This document shows positions 17,836 through 27,623 of a stretch of DNA of 64,000 nt, one piece after another. Numbering within the stretch: the first letter of the stretch is position 1; the number at the start of each line of letters is the position of its first letter. This stretch comes from Eubacteriales bacterium. Its GTDB lineage: Bacteria > Bacillota > Clostridia > Oscillospirales > CAG-272. The notes under the pieces are model-generated. The model did no database searches. It was not told where the DNA came from and saw only the letters and a program-made list of their open reading frames with translations. The stretch lies in assembly GCA_045543615.1 (NCBI GenBank), contig JAZPXL010000005.1:2640-66639 (forward strand), given 5' to 3'. The translations under genes were made by a program, and so were the position numbers.

Positions 17836-19233
17836 ATGAAACTCATCTACAATGTCCGTGACAAAATGAAACCCGGTCAGCTCATCATCTTCGCCATCCA
17901 ACAACTGCTTGCAATTATGACTGCAACGCTTGTCGTTCCTGTCATAGTCGGTGCCGCGGCAGGTATTGAAATGAGCTCTGCTGCTGCACTTTTTGGTGCA
18001 GGTATCGGAACTCTCGTTTATCTGCTCTTCACAAAATTCAAGAGCCCCGTTTTCCTCGGCTCGTCCTTTGCGTTCATAAGCTCTATGATAGTCGCCTTTA
18101 CGGGTGCAACAAGCGCAGCTCTCGGTTATCTCGGCATTCTCATTGGTGCTGCTTGCGCAGGTCTTGTTTATGTAATCATAGCAATTATCGTTAAGCTCGT
18201 CGGAGTGGGATGGATCAATAAGCTTATGCCTCCTGTTGTTATTGGCCCGACGGTTGCCATCATCGGTCTTTCCCTTGCAGGCAACGCAATTGGTGACATC
18301 ACAGGCAATTCTATTTATGATGACGCCATCGGCGCATATCCTATGGATCTCAATTCCATTCTCTGCCTCCTTTGCGGAATCGTAACTCTCGTGGTTATCG
18401 TTATCTGCTCGGTTTACGGCAAGAAATCAGGCAAGCTTATTCCCTTTATTTACGGTATCCTTGCCGGCTATGCATTTTCCTCAGTTCTCACAGTTATCGG
18501 AATTCTCACAAGCAACGATGCGCTTCGTGTTGTTGACTACTCTGCTATAACATCTCTCTTTGAGACGATTTCGGTTTCATCATTTGTAAGCGTACCCGAC
18601 TTTACTTTCCTGCACGCTTTCGGTGCGTTTGGTGAGATCAACGTAAACTACATCGTAACCATTATTATTGCGTATGTTCCCGTTGCATTCGTTGTGTTTG
18701 CCGAGCACATCGCAGACCACAAGAACCTCTCATCCATCATTGAGCACGATCTGCTTGAAGATCCCGGACTCTCTCGCACGCTTCTTGGCGACGGTGTTGG
18801 TTCTATTGCAGGTGCATTTTTCGGTGGTTGTCCCAACACAACATACGGCGAGTCCGTTGGTTGCGTTGCTATTACCAAGAACGCATCCGTTTATACCATC
18901 GTCGCTGCAGCCGTCGGTGCAATCATCATCTCCTTCATCTCTCCCTTTGTTGCATTTGTTAACACCATCCCCTCTTGCGTAATGGGTGGTGTATGTATGG
19001 CTCTTTATGGATTTATCTCCATCTCAGGTATCAAGATGATCCAGAACGTTGACTTCAACGAGAATCGTAATCTCTTTGTTGCGTCTGCAATCCTCATCGC
19101 AGGAGTAGGTGGACTTGCTCTCAGCTTCGGTCAGGTCAAGCTCACAGCCGTTGCTTGCGCTCTCATTATCGGTATCGTAATCAACCTCATCCTTTCGGGT
19201 AAAAAGGCGGATGCTCCCTCCGACAAGGAATAA
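17836..19233 (+). CDS. NCS2 family nucleobase (uracil/xanthine) permease
   Basis: About 12-14 hydrophobic helices. AEHIADH and NTTYGESVG motifs typical of UraA/PyrP-type permeases. Start ATG 17836 after GGAGGAG. Confidence 0.85.
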   Translation: MKLIYNVRDKMKPGQLIIFAIQQLLAIMTATLVVPVIVGAAAGIEMSSAAALFGAGIGTLVYLLFTKFKSPVFLGSSFAFISSMIVAFTGATSAALGYLGILIGAACAGLVYVIIAIIVKLVGVGWINKLMPPVVIGPTVAIIGLSLAGNAIGDITGNSIYDDAIGAYPMDLNSILCLLCGIVTLVVIVICSVYGKKSGKLIPFIYGILAGYAFSSVLTVIGILTSNDALRVVDYSAITSLFETISVSSFVSVPDFTFLHAFGAFGEINVNYIVTIIIAYVPVAFVVFAEHIADHKNLSSIIEHDLLEDPGLSRTLLGDGVGSIAGAFFGGCPNTTYGESVGCVAITKNASVYTIVAAAVGAIIISFISPFVAFVNTIPSCVMGGVCMALYGFISISGIKMIQNVDFNENRNLFVASAILIAGVGGLALSFGQVKLTAVACALIIGIVINLILSGKKADAPSDKE

Positions 19234-19250
19234 TAGCGTAAAGCTTTTAT

Positions 19251-19288
19251 ACACAAACAGCCCCTGCGAATGCAGGGGCTGTTTGTGT
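19251..19288. terminator. bidirectional terminator between permease and rubrerythrin
   Basis: ACACAAACAGCCCCTGC gaa TGCAGGGGCTGTTTGTGT, near-perfect 17-bp stem. Confidence 0.75.
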
Positions 19289-19294
19289 TCTCTA

Positions 19295-19867
19295 TTATTC
19301 AGTAAACCTTGCAAAATAACCCTGCTCACTTCCACAGGTTGGACAATGTTCGGGTGGGCTGTCGGCTGAAATAAGCTGTCCACATTCAAGGCATATCCAT
19401 ACAACTCTCTCCTCGTCCTCAAACTTCAGAAATGCGTGTCCACTTGCAAGCTCGGTTTTGTACTTTTCAAATCTGTTTTCGTGTCTTCGTTCGATAGCTG
19501 CCACACGCTCAAATCTGCCTGCTATCTCCTCAAAGCCCTCTTCTCTTGCAGTTTCGGCAAACTGACGATACATCTCGTCCCACTCAAAATGCTCACCTGC
19601 GGCGGCTGTTTCAAGGTTGGTTTCAGTATCGGAAAAACCACCAAGCAGCTTGAACCAGATCTCTGCGTGCTCACTTTCATTCTTTGCTGTCTCCTCAAAG
19701 ATTGACGCAATTTTGTGATATCCCTCTGCTCTTGCTTTCTTGGCAAACCAGAGGTAGCGCAAAAACGCCTGTGACTCGCCCGACAGGGCTGTATGGATGT
19801 TTTCTTCTGTCTTTGTTCCTTTGATTTTTTCTTTCATAGATGTTGGTACCGGAATATTTGGAATCAT
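19295..19867 (-). CDS. rbr: rubrerythrin
   Basis: Ferritin-like ExxH diiron motifs (ESEHAEIW, ERRHENRF) plus C-terminal rubredoxin CxxC...CxxC (CLECGQ, CPTCGS). AGGAGG SD before ATG 19867. Confidence 0.9.
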   Translation of the reverse strand: MIPNIPVPTSMKEKIKGTKTEENIHTALSGESQAFLRYLWFAKKARAEGYHKIASIFEETAKNESEHAEIWFKLLGGFSDTETNLETAAAGEHFEWDEMYRQFAETAREEGFEEIAGRFERVAAIERRHENRFEKYKTELASGHAFLKFEDEERVVWICLECGQLISADSPPEHCPTCGSEQGYFARFTE

Positions 19868-19952
19868 TCACTCGTCCTCCTTATTTGTTTGACCTGATTA
19901 TTCACCACTCCCCCTGCTTTTATTCAATAAACATTTTTGAAAAAACAAAAAA

Positions 19953-19985
19953 ACGGTGGAAATCAAATGCTTTCCACCGTTTTTT
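19953..19985 (-). terminator. intrinsic terminator after GNAT gene
   Basis: ACGGTGGAAA / TTTCCACCGT 10-bp stem flanked by A- and T-runs. Confidence 0.7.
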
Positions 19986-19987
19986 GA

Positions 19988-20575
19988 TTATTTGAAATAC
20001 TCATCTGCGAGTATTGAGCAATAGCCGATATCACGGTATTCTCCTTTTATGAGAAGTGATGAACGCAAGACTCCCTCAAAGGTCATACCTGCCTTTTCCA
20101 TTACTCTGCGTGACACCTCGTTACCAACTATATATCTTGCCTCAATTCTCCTGAGTCCAAGCTCCTCAAAGCCAAACTCAATAACCCTTCTAAGTGCCTC
20201 AGGCGCAATCCCTCTGCCTCTGTAAAGAGGATTGATAACATACCCCACCTCAGCAGAATTATTGTCAAAATTGAATGAAGTAAAGCCACAAGTGCCAATC
20301 ATTTTCTGCCCCATATCACCGTCTGCGTTCCACACGATTGCCCAATCGTAAAACTCACCTTCACGGTATTTAGTAAGAACAAACTCAAGATATTCTCTTG
20401 TGTAGGTTCTTGACGGATGGGGTTGCCAGGTCAGATATTTTGTAACATCACTCCTGCAAGCGTATTCATACATATCGTATGAGTCGGCAGGCTTCATTTC
20501 CCTGAGTACAAGTCGCTTTGTCCTCAGCGTTGGTATACGGGAGAAAATCCGCTGTGCGTCCGTCTTCTTAAACAT
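19988..20575 (-). CDS. GNAT family N-acetyltransferase (RimJ/RimL-like)
   Basis: LVLREM...; acetyl-CoA motif YRGRGIAPEAL. Start uncertain (ATG 20575 preferred over TTG 20623). Confidence 0.75.
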   Translation of the reverse strand: MFKKTDAQRIFSRIPTLRTKRLVLREMKPADSYDMYEYACRSDVTKYLTWQPHPSRTYTREYLEFVLTKYREGEFYDWAIVWNADGDMGQKMIGTCGFTSFNFDNNSAEVGYVINPLYRGRGIAPEALRRVIEFGFEELGLRRIEARYIVGNEVSRRVMEKAGMTFEGVLRSSLLIKGEYRDIGYCSILADEYFK

Positions 20576-20616
20576 TCTTCTCTGTCCACCCGATAATATG
20601 GAACGAAAAAACGCAC

Positions 20617-21825
20617 TTACCAATTGTCGCTGTTATCCTGTGGTATAACTTCCTTAAGTGCAGCAATTGCGCACTCAATCATACTGTCATCAGGCTCACG
20701 GGTTGTAATATGCTGAAGCCATACGCCCGGAGCAGAAATAATTCTTGTGATTATATTATCACGTCTTCCTGCAAAGCGGATAAGCTCATATCCTATACCC
20801 ATAATGAAGGGGAGAAAGAGAATGCCGAGACCGGTTCTTGCGATGACGTTGAGAACATTGTTGCCCTCAACAAGCACCGATGGGATGAACATATTGATAA
20901 GAATGGACACAAGAAGCATAAGAATTATAAATGATGTGCCGCATCTGGGATGAAAGCGACTCTGTCGTCTTACATTTTCAACTGTAAGCTCAAGTCCACG
21001 CTCATAGCAGAATATTGTCTTATGCTCAGCTCCGTGGTACATAAATGTACGCTTGATGTCCTTCATAAGAGCGACTGCTGCCATATATCCAACAAGGATG
21101 GCGATTTTCAGCACACCTGTAATTGCAGCTCTGAGAAGCGAATAGCCATATCCCTCGCCTGTAATCTGCGGAAACAGCTTTGAGAGAAGCTCAAATACCG
21201 TTTCGGGAACGACCTTAAAGAGCAAGAGTGCAAGTCCGAGCCCCAAAAGCAAAGCTACAACCATAATGCCGACCATAGAGCCTGAGGACTCCTTTGGTTT
21301 CTCGGTTTTAACTTCACTCTCTGCAAAGGCATTCTCCGTCTCGGCATTTGGAGTCGAAGCTTCGGTTGTTTCTGCAGGCTCAGTTGTTTCTGCAGGCTCA
21401 GTTGTTTCTGTAGTTTCGTTTGTTTCTGTTGCTTCAACAGTTTCGGCAGGATCTTCTATTGCGATGCCTTTCTTTCTCTTTTTTGCATCCTCACGAGCCT
21501 TCTTCTTGGCAGCCTTCTCTCTCTCTTCTTCTTCGAGAAGCTCATCAAGCCCCGAAAGCTCAGCTGAACGCATCATAGATGCATAACCACCCATCATCGA
21601 ATCGACAAAGCCGACAACTCCTCTGACAACGGGCCAGGTAAGGAAGCCTTTTCTGTTTGCGCTGGTTGTTGGCTTTACCTCAACAACCATCTCGCCATCG
21701 GGCTTGCGAACTGCCAGGGCAGTCTTCTGAGGGCCACGCATCATTATGCCCTCAAGCAGAGCCTGACCGCCTATCGAAGTCTTTTTGGCCGGACAGCTCT
21801 GTACTTCTTTTTCTTTATTACTCAT
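20617..21825 (-). CDS. DUF1385 (YqhQ-like) membrane protein with low-complexity insertion
   Basis: SIGGQALLEGIMMRGP N-terminus and HGAEHK motif typical of DUF1385; about 90-aa K/E- and TE-rich insert. Start ATG 21825 (GAGG SD). Confidence 0.7.
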   Translation of the reverse strand: MSNKEKEVQSCPAKKTSIGGQALLEGIMMRGPQKTALAVRKPDGEMVVEVKPTTSANRKGFLTWPVVRGVVGFVDSMMGGYASMMRSAELSGLDELLEEEEREKAAKKKAREDAKKRKKGIAIEDPAETVEATETNETTETTEPAETTEPAETTEASTPNAETENAFAESEVKTEKPKESSGSMVGIMVVALLLGLGLALLLFKVVPETVFELLSKLFPQITGEGYGYSLLRAAITGVLKIAILVGYMAAVALMKDIKRTFMYHGAEHKTIFCYERGLELTVENVRRQSRFHPRCGTSFIILMLLVSILINMFIPSVLVEGNNVLNVIARTGLGILFLPFIMGIGYELIRFAGRRDNIITRIISAPGVWLQHITTREPDDSMIECAIAALKEVIPQDNSDNW

Positions 21826-21984
21826 ATTAAAAACCTCAAATGATATTTTTACTAAATAATTATAGCCCAATATTATGAACTGGTGATGAACACAGCAAAC
21901 AATAATAATCAAGAATTATTTATTATATAAAAGCGCACCTCCCGTTTTGACGAAAGATGCGCTTTTTCCTTTATTTATTATTAG

Positions 21985-23133
21985 TTAGTTGTTTGAAGGA
22001 TCAAAATCAATGCGAAGCTGACCACCGAGATCTGCATTATGCTTGTCCACGAGAGCGTGGATCTTCTTGACGGGATCGAGCAGTACGCTTGTTGATTCAT
22101 CGTGATTGAGTGTGTCGATGATGTAGGAAACATACTTACACATATTAACCTCAACATACCAAGGGCGTGTCTTAAGCTCTTCGGGCTGGTAAACAAGGTT
22201 TGTTGTAAATACCTTATCAATGATTCCTTCCTCGTATACCTTATCGAAATTATCAAGTCCATTGGTAAAGAGGCCGAAGGTTGCAAAGCTGAATACTCTC
22301 TTCGCACCTCTCTTCTTGATCTGACGTGCAACGTCAAACAAAGAGTCACCGGAGGAAATCATATCGTCAACAATGACAACATCCTTATCAGTAAGATCCT
22401 GACCGAGATATTCGTGTGCAACTATGGGGTTTCTGCCACCGACTATTCTTGAATAGTCACGGCGTTTGTAGAACATACCAACATCAAGTCCGATAGCCGA
22501 TGAGAAGAACATACATCTGTCCATCGCGCCCTCGTCGGGAGAGATAATGATCATCTGATCCTTATCAAATACGATATCGGGAACTTCACGCACCAGTGCC
22601 TTTACCATTTGGTATGTAGGACGGTAGTTGTCAAAGCCGATAAAAGGAACTGCATTTTGCACTCTTGCGTCGTGTGCATCAAATGTAATAATGTTCTTTA
22701 CACCGTAGAACTCAAGTTCACGGAGCATCATCGCACAGTCAAGCGATTCACGTCTTGTACGCCTGTGCTGTCTGCCTTCATAGAGCATAGGCATAATTAC
22801 GGATATACGGCGAGCCTTGCCCTCGACAGCTCCGACAATACGCTTAAGGTCAGCGTAATGCTCGTCAGGTGTCATAGGGATGTCCTGACCTCTCATCTTA
22901 TAGGTCACACCGTAGTTGAATGGATCGCAGATGATAACGAGGTCGAGACCTCTTACAGACTGCGTGAGAAGACCTTTTGCCTCTCCACTTCCAAAGCGAG
23001 GGCAATCTGCCTCTACAAGATATGATTCGTTTGTGCCTCGGCGTTCTCTGACGTACTTATCGACACTTGCAGCGAACTGCTCGCATCCCTTCATACCGAT
23101 TATTCCGAGAGTACCGTAAACTGCTTCGTTCAT
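21985..23133 (-). CDS. prs: ribose-phosphate pyrophosphokinase (long, ~380-aa class)
   Basis: PRPP-binding loop VVIVDDMISSGDS; FDAHD motif; N-terminal Prs domain. Confidence 0.85.
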   Translation of the reverse strand: MNEAVYGTLGIIGMKGCEQFAASVDKYVRERRGTNESYLVEADCPRFGSGEAKGLLTQSVRGLDLVIICDPFNYGVTYKMRGQDIPMTPDEHYADLKRIVGAVEGKARRISVIMPMLYEGRQHRRTRRESLDCAMMLRELEFYGVKNIITFDAHDARVQNAVPFIGFDNYRPTYQMVKALVREVPDIVFDKDQMIIISPDEGAMDRCMFFSSAIGLDVGMFYKRRDYSRIVGGRNPIVAHEYLGQDLTDKDVVIVDDMISSGDSLFDVARQIKKRGAKRVFSFATFGLFTNGLDNFDKVYEEGIIDKVFTTNLVYQPEELKTRPWYVEVNMCKYVSYIIDTLNHDESTSVLLDPVKKIHALVDKHNADLGGQLRIDFDPSNN

Positions 23134-23169
23134 TTTGACTCCTTTGCACGTGAGTATTTAGTTGAAAAT

Positions 23170-23198
23170 ATTATAGCACAAAAATCTTTCATATGCAA
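23170..23198 (-). promoter_or_regulatory. sigma-A promoter of prs
   Basis: Minus strand TTGCAT (23198-23193), 17-nt spacer ending in TGC, TATAAT (23175-23170). Confidence 0.5.
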
Positions 23199-23321
23199 AC
23201 ATTTTTTCGACATTTTTTCAATTTATTAAAAAAATTATTTAACGAAAGAAGTCTTGCATATTTCGGGTGGAAAAAGTCCCATATTTGCAATAAAAATTGC
23301 AAAGTGGGCTATCTTTCAGCA

Positions 23322-24299
23322 CTAAAACCAACCAAGCGTTCTCATTACGAAAGTGCCGAGGAAGATTGTCAGAATGCAAGCCATAGTTGAGAGCAGCAAA
23401 ATCTGCCCTGCAAGCTCATAGTCGCTCTTCATATTCTTTGCCATTATATAGCTGCTCACTGCCGCAGGCGTGCCAAAGATAATAAAGATAATCAATAGTT
23501 CGCTTCCCCTAAACCCAAGCAAATAAGCTGCGCCAACGCCCAGAATAGGATGGATCACCGTTTTTATCAGCGATGTAATTACGGCGTGAGAAATATTGCC
23601 CTTAAGCGAGGAGAAAGAAAACTCAGCTCCAAGCGAGATCAGCGCAAGTCCCGTTGTTGCGTTTGACAGATACTTAAGCGATGACGTTGCCACAGAGGGA
23701 AGCTTGATTCCGAATATCATAAACGGCAGGCCAAGCAAAACTGCGATAATGAGTGGATTTTTTATTGTGCTTAGCAAGATCTTTTTTATGTCGATTTTGT
23801 TCTTCTCGCCGTTTTCGCTCGGCATAAATACTGTAAGTACAACAACCGACAGCACGTTATATGCGAGTATGACAAATGCCGCTGTGATCGCATACGCTGC
23901 CAAAGCAACGCCTCTCTCGGCGGGGTCAGCAAACAGGTTTTCTATGAAAACCACGCCAAGGATTGCGGCATTTGAACGAAACATACTCTGCACCATCGCA
24001 CCGACCTTGCGTCTGTCCTTGACAAACAGGGGTGTCAGGAGCGAGAAGATAAGGCAGGTCAGGCATATCATCGGCACAGCGAACAGAGGCAGCTTATAAT
24101 ACTTCGCACCCTCGGAAATATCTGCGCCTGCAACCTGCAAAAAGATCATTGCAGGCAGAGCGATTTTAAAAACAAACTTGTCCGCGCCGTCATAAAAGGC
24201 ATCGGGCAACAGCTTAATCCGCTTCAATACAATTCCAACCACCGTCAGTATGAGGACGGGCAGAACCGTATTAAGACTCAATAACAAATTGTCAAGCAT
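23322..24299 (-). CDS. AEC (auxin efflux carrier) family transporter
   Basis: 325 aa, about 10 TM helices in two halves; length and topology fit AEC/malate-permease-like proteins. Confidence 0.75.
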   Translation of the reverse strand: MLDNLLLSLNTVLPVLILTVVGIVLKRIKLLPDAFYDGADKFVFKIALPAMIFLQVAGADISEGAKYYKLPLFAVPMICLTCLIFSLLTPLFVKDRRKVGAMVQSMFRSNAAILGVVFIENLFADPAERGVALAAYAITAAFVILAYNVLSVVVLTVFMPSENGEKNKIDIKKILLSTIKNPLIIAVLLGLPFMIFGIKLPSVATSSLKYLSNATTGLALISLGAEFSFSSLKGNISHAVITSLIKTVIHPILGVGAAYLLGFRGSELLIIFIIFGTPAAVSSYIMAKNMKSDYELAGQILLLSTMACILTIFLGTFVMRTLGWF

Positions 24300-24326
24300 A
24301 GTATTATCCTAATTTTTTGTCCAAAC

Positions 24327-26720
24327 TCATTTCATTTCAACAACGGTAACACCACCGTCGCCCTCTCCGTATTTACCAATACGGAAAGATGCAATTCTCG
24401 AGTCGCCCTTGAGCATACGCCAGATCGCATCCCTGAGCGCACCCGTACCCTTGCCGTGTATGAGGCGAACCGAGCGAAGACCTGCCATTACAACGCTGTC
24501 AAGATATTTATCAACAGCGTACCAAGCCTCATCCCCCGTCATACCTCTGAGGTCTATCTCGTCGGAGCAAGCTCTGCTGACGGCTGTGTGCCTGTATTCG
24601 CTGACGGTCTTTTTCTTGCCACTTGCGTCTGTAACTGTTATTACATCGTCCATCAGCTTGAGGTTTTTGACCTTTGTCTTTGTGCGTACAGCACCTATCT
24701 GTACACTTACGTTGCCACTTCTGTCGGGATCGGAGATAACAACGCCCTCTTGTCCTATGTTCATAAGATAAACGGCGTCACCCTTGTGAAGTGGGCGAGG
24801 CAGGACGTACTCCTCATCAACATTCTCGTCTACGGGATCAAACCTGTCCTCGTTTTCTCTCATATGCTCACGAATGCGCTTGCGCGCAGCATCAAGCTCC
24901 TCACCAAGCCTTGCAGAATCCCTTGCCTTTCTGACCTTATCAAGCTCAGCAAACACATATTCGCTTGAAATCTTCGCTCCCTCGATCATCTCGGCAGCTT
25001 TCTTCCTTGCACGTTCAACCTCACGGTCGGCGGCTGAAACGCTTTCACGGATCTTCGCTTCAGCTTCTCTCTTAAAGCGTTCGTATTCGATACGCATAGC
25101 CTCAGCCTCGTCACGATAAGCCTCAGCCTCCATTCTTGCTGCCTCAAGCTTGTCTATGACATCTTCAAAGCGTCTGTCATCGGAGCTTATTTCATCGAGC
25201 GCACGCTTGATTATATGCTCGGGAAGACCAAGTCTTTCGGAAATTGCAAGAGCGTTGGAGCGTCCGGGAGTGCCTATTGTCAGCTTATACGTCGGGCGCA
25301 GAGTTTCAATATCAAACTCGCAGGAAGCGTTTTTGACACCGGGGGTATTGAGTGCATACGCCTTAAGCTCTGCGTAGTGCGTTGTTGCGGCGCACATTGC
25401 GCCTGCCTCTCTTACCTCGGAAATAACGGCGATAGCAAGTGCCGCGCCCTCGATGGGGTCAGTACCTACTCCAAGCTCGTCAAAGAGCACAAGTGCATCA
25501 TCCGACAGATCATTTACTATCGATACGATGTTTACCATATGAGATGAAAATGTAGAAAGAGATTGCTCAATACTCTGCTCGTCTCCAAGGTCAACAAGAA
25601 CTCTACCGTATATCGGTATTGTCGAAAGCTCGCTTGCGGGAATGTGAAGTCCCGACTGTGCCATAAGCGCAAAGAGTCCGAGCGTTTTGAGCGTTACGGT
25701 CTTACCACCCGTATTCGGGCCTGTGATAACAAGCGTGTCGTAATCGCCTCCGAGTCTAATATCAACAGGGACGACCTTATCGGAGGGGATGAGTGGGTGG
25801 CGTGCTCGGCGCAAGTCTGTAATCTTTTTGTCAACCGAAATTTTTGGCTGTGCGCCGTTCATCCTAAACGAAAGCTCGGCACAGGCGAAGAAGAACGCAA
25901 GCTCATCGATATTGGCGTTATTGTATCTGAGCTTCTCTGCAATTGCCGATACCTCGCCCGAAAGCTCAAACAGTATCTTCTCTATTTCGTGTTTTTCCTT
26001 AGCCTCAAGCTCACGAAGCTCGTTATTTGCATCGACAACGGCAAGTGGCTCAATAAAAAGCGTTGCACCCGATGATGATGCATCGTGGACAAGTCCCTTT
26101 ATCTCGTTTTTGCATTCAGCCTTAACGGGAACGACAAAGCGTCCGTTTCGTATCGTAACAATATTCTCCTGAAGTGCTTTTGAATAAGCACCGGCTGTGT
26201 ATCTTGAGAGAATGTCCCTTATCTTTGAGGATGTCTGTCTGATTTTGCGACGGATATTGTAAAGCTCGGCGCTCGCCTCGTCCGCAACAGTCTCCTCGCT
26301 GATTATTGCCACTCTTATTCTTTCCTCAAGCTTTTTGTCGGGAAGCAATCTCTCGAATATCTCGTCAAGAACTGTCTCATATGTTCTGTTAGTCCTTGCG
26401 TAGTCAAGAAGTGAACGGCTTGTTCGCAATATATCTGCAACATCGAGAAGCTCTCTCTGTGATAGCATCGCACCCTTCTCGGCTCTCTCACAATGTGAGC
26501 TTATGTCCTTGACGCCGCCAAAGGGTGGCGCACCTTTTTCTGACGCAAGTCTTTTTGCATCGGTTGTTTTTCTTTGAAGTGCAAGCACACGGACGGCGTC
26601 ACTCTCAGGCAGAAGCTCTTCTGCCATCTTTCTTGCGCCCTCGGTTCTTGCACAATCGACAAGCATTTTTCGTATCTTGTCAAATTCAAGAAGCTTTATT
26701 GTTTTTTGTGGTAAATACAT
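24327..26720 (-). CDS. mutS2: endonuclease MutS2
   Basis: 797 aa; Walker A GPNTGGKT; long coiled coil; C-terminal Smr domain (LRGMTGDEA...LIHGKGTGALR). Confidence 0.93.
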   Translation of the reverse strand: MYLPQKTIKLLEFDKIRKMLVDCARTEGARKMAEELLPESDAVRVLALQRKTTDAKRLASEKGAPPFGGVKDISSHCERAEKGAMLSQRELLDVADILRTSRSLLDYARTNRTYETVLDEIFERLLPDKKLEERIRVAIISEETVADEASAELYNIRRKIRQTSSKIRDILSRYTAGAYSKALQENIVTIRNGRFVVPVKAECKNEIKGLVHDASSSGATLFIEPLAVVDANNELRELEAKEKHEIEKILFELSGEVSAIAEKLRYNNANIDELAFFFACAELSFRMNGAQPKISVDKKITDLRRARHPLIPSDKVVPVDIRLGGDYDTLVITGPNTGGKTVTLKTLGLFALMAQSGLHIPASELSTIPIYGRVLVDLGDEQSIEQSLSTFSSHMVNIVSIVNDLSDDALVLFDELGVGTDPIEGAALAIAVISEVREAGAMCAATTHYAELKAYALNTPGVKNASCEFDIETLRPTYKLTIGTPGRSNALAISERLGLPEHIIKRALDEISSDDRRFEDVIDKLEAARMEAEAYRDEAEAMRIEYERFKREAEAKIRESVSAADREVERARKKAAEMIEGAKISSEYVFAELDKVRKARDSARLGEELDAARKRIREHMRENEDRFDPVDENVDEEYVLPRPLHKGDAVYLMNIGQEGVVISDPDRSGNVSVQIGAVRTKTKVKNLKLMDDVITVTDASGKKKTVSEYRHTAVSRACSDEIDLRGMTGDEAWYAVDKYLDSVVMAGLRSVRLIHGKGTGALRDAIWRMLKGDSRIASFRIGKYGEGDGGVTVVEMK

Positions 26721-26753
26721 TTGTTGTTCCTCAAAATATCTGTTGTGTTGTTT

Positions 26754-27563
26754 TCATTTTAAAGACGAAAGCTCGTGATAGATTTTGAGTGAGGAAAAGC
26801 CTCTCTCAAGATGGTTGAGCAAAAACGTCTCACAGGCGTTTGCAAGTACATCCTCTTCGCTTTCCGTCTTCAGCTTAAATGAAAACACTCTTTTCGGCTC
26901 GCATTCCGTTATATATCGCAGAGCCTCAAGAACACCTCTGCCAAGCGGCAGAAGGATTGTTCTTTTTCCGTAAATATCAACATTTCTCTCGGCTTGTGGC
27001 TGTGGAGGTGGTGCTGATGCAACGCATTTGTTACACACGATGCCGCCCCCCATAACATCGAGATACCACGCCTCAGCATCCTCGCACTCGCATCTGGTGC
27101 AGGTGTGAAGCTCGGGGAGATAGCCCGAAATTGCAGCTGCACGCATCTCAAACGCCGCCTTTATGCTTTGCGCTTCGTATCCGTTTGATAGCGCATAAAA
27201 GGTATTGAGCACAAGTGGCAAAAGCTCGCCCGGCTCTTCTCCCGCACCACTAAGCTCAATTGTTACATCGGAGATATATTGCGCAAGATACATCAGTTCG
27301 ATATCCTTTGAAAGCTTCTCGAAGTTTCTGATGACTGAAGCATCCCGTACCCAAAATCCCACACCTTTTGAGCGAAGCTCGAAATTACCCCAGATGAATG
27401 GTCTTGCAACCCCCATAAGCTTGCTGCGCAAGGAGCGTGCGCCGTGAGCAATTACGTTTATTCTGCCCTCTTGCGGACACAGGAGAGTTAAGAGCTTGTC
27501 ATTGTCGCCTGACGGAACTACACGAAGCACCAGCGCATCTGTTGTAATATCGGCACTTGCCAT
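26754..27563 (-). CDS. recO: DNA repair protein RecO
   Basis: N-terminal OB fold; central Cys4 zinc motif (CTRCECE...CNKC); era-recO synteny. Confidence 0.85.
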   Translation of the reverse strand: MASADITTDALVLRVVPSGDNDKLLTLLCPQEGRINVIAHGARSLRSKLMGVARPFIWGNFELRSKGVGFWVRDASVIRNFEKLSKDIELMYLAQYISDVTIELSGAGEEPGELLPLVLNTFYALSNGYEAQSIKAAFEMRAAAISGYLPELHTCTRCECEDAEAWYLDVMGGGIVCNKCVASAPPPQPQAERNVDIYGKRTILLPLGRGVLEALRYITECEPKRVFSFKLKTESEEDVLANACETFLLNHLERGFSSLKIYHELSSLK

Positions 27564-27623
27564 TTCTCTCCCCCTCTCTCATCTGCTCTGTTTTAATACA
27601 AGCTTTCTGCTATATTTTCGCTA

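Noticed and set aside
21371-21406. Short perfect tandem repeats here and at 2762-2824, checked as possible CRISPR or VNTR arrays.
   Set aside because: There are only 2-3 units, they are in frame inside coding regions, and there are no spacers. These are coding low-complexity duplications, not CRISPR.
23285-23302. Palindrome TTGCAAT-AAAA-ATTGCAA downstream of the AEC transporter gene.
   Set aside because: It is AT-rich with a 7-bp stem and no convincing U-tract. It could be a weak terminator or an operator, but there is no supporting context.
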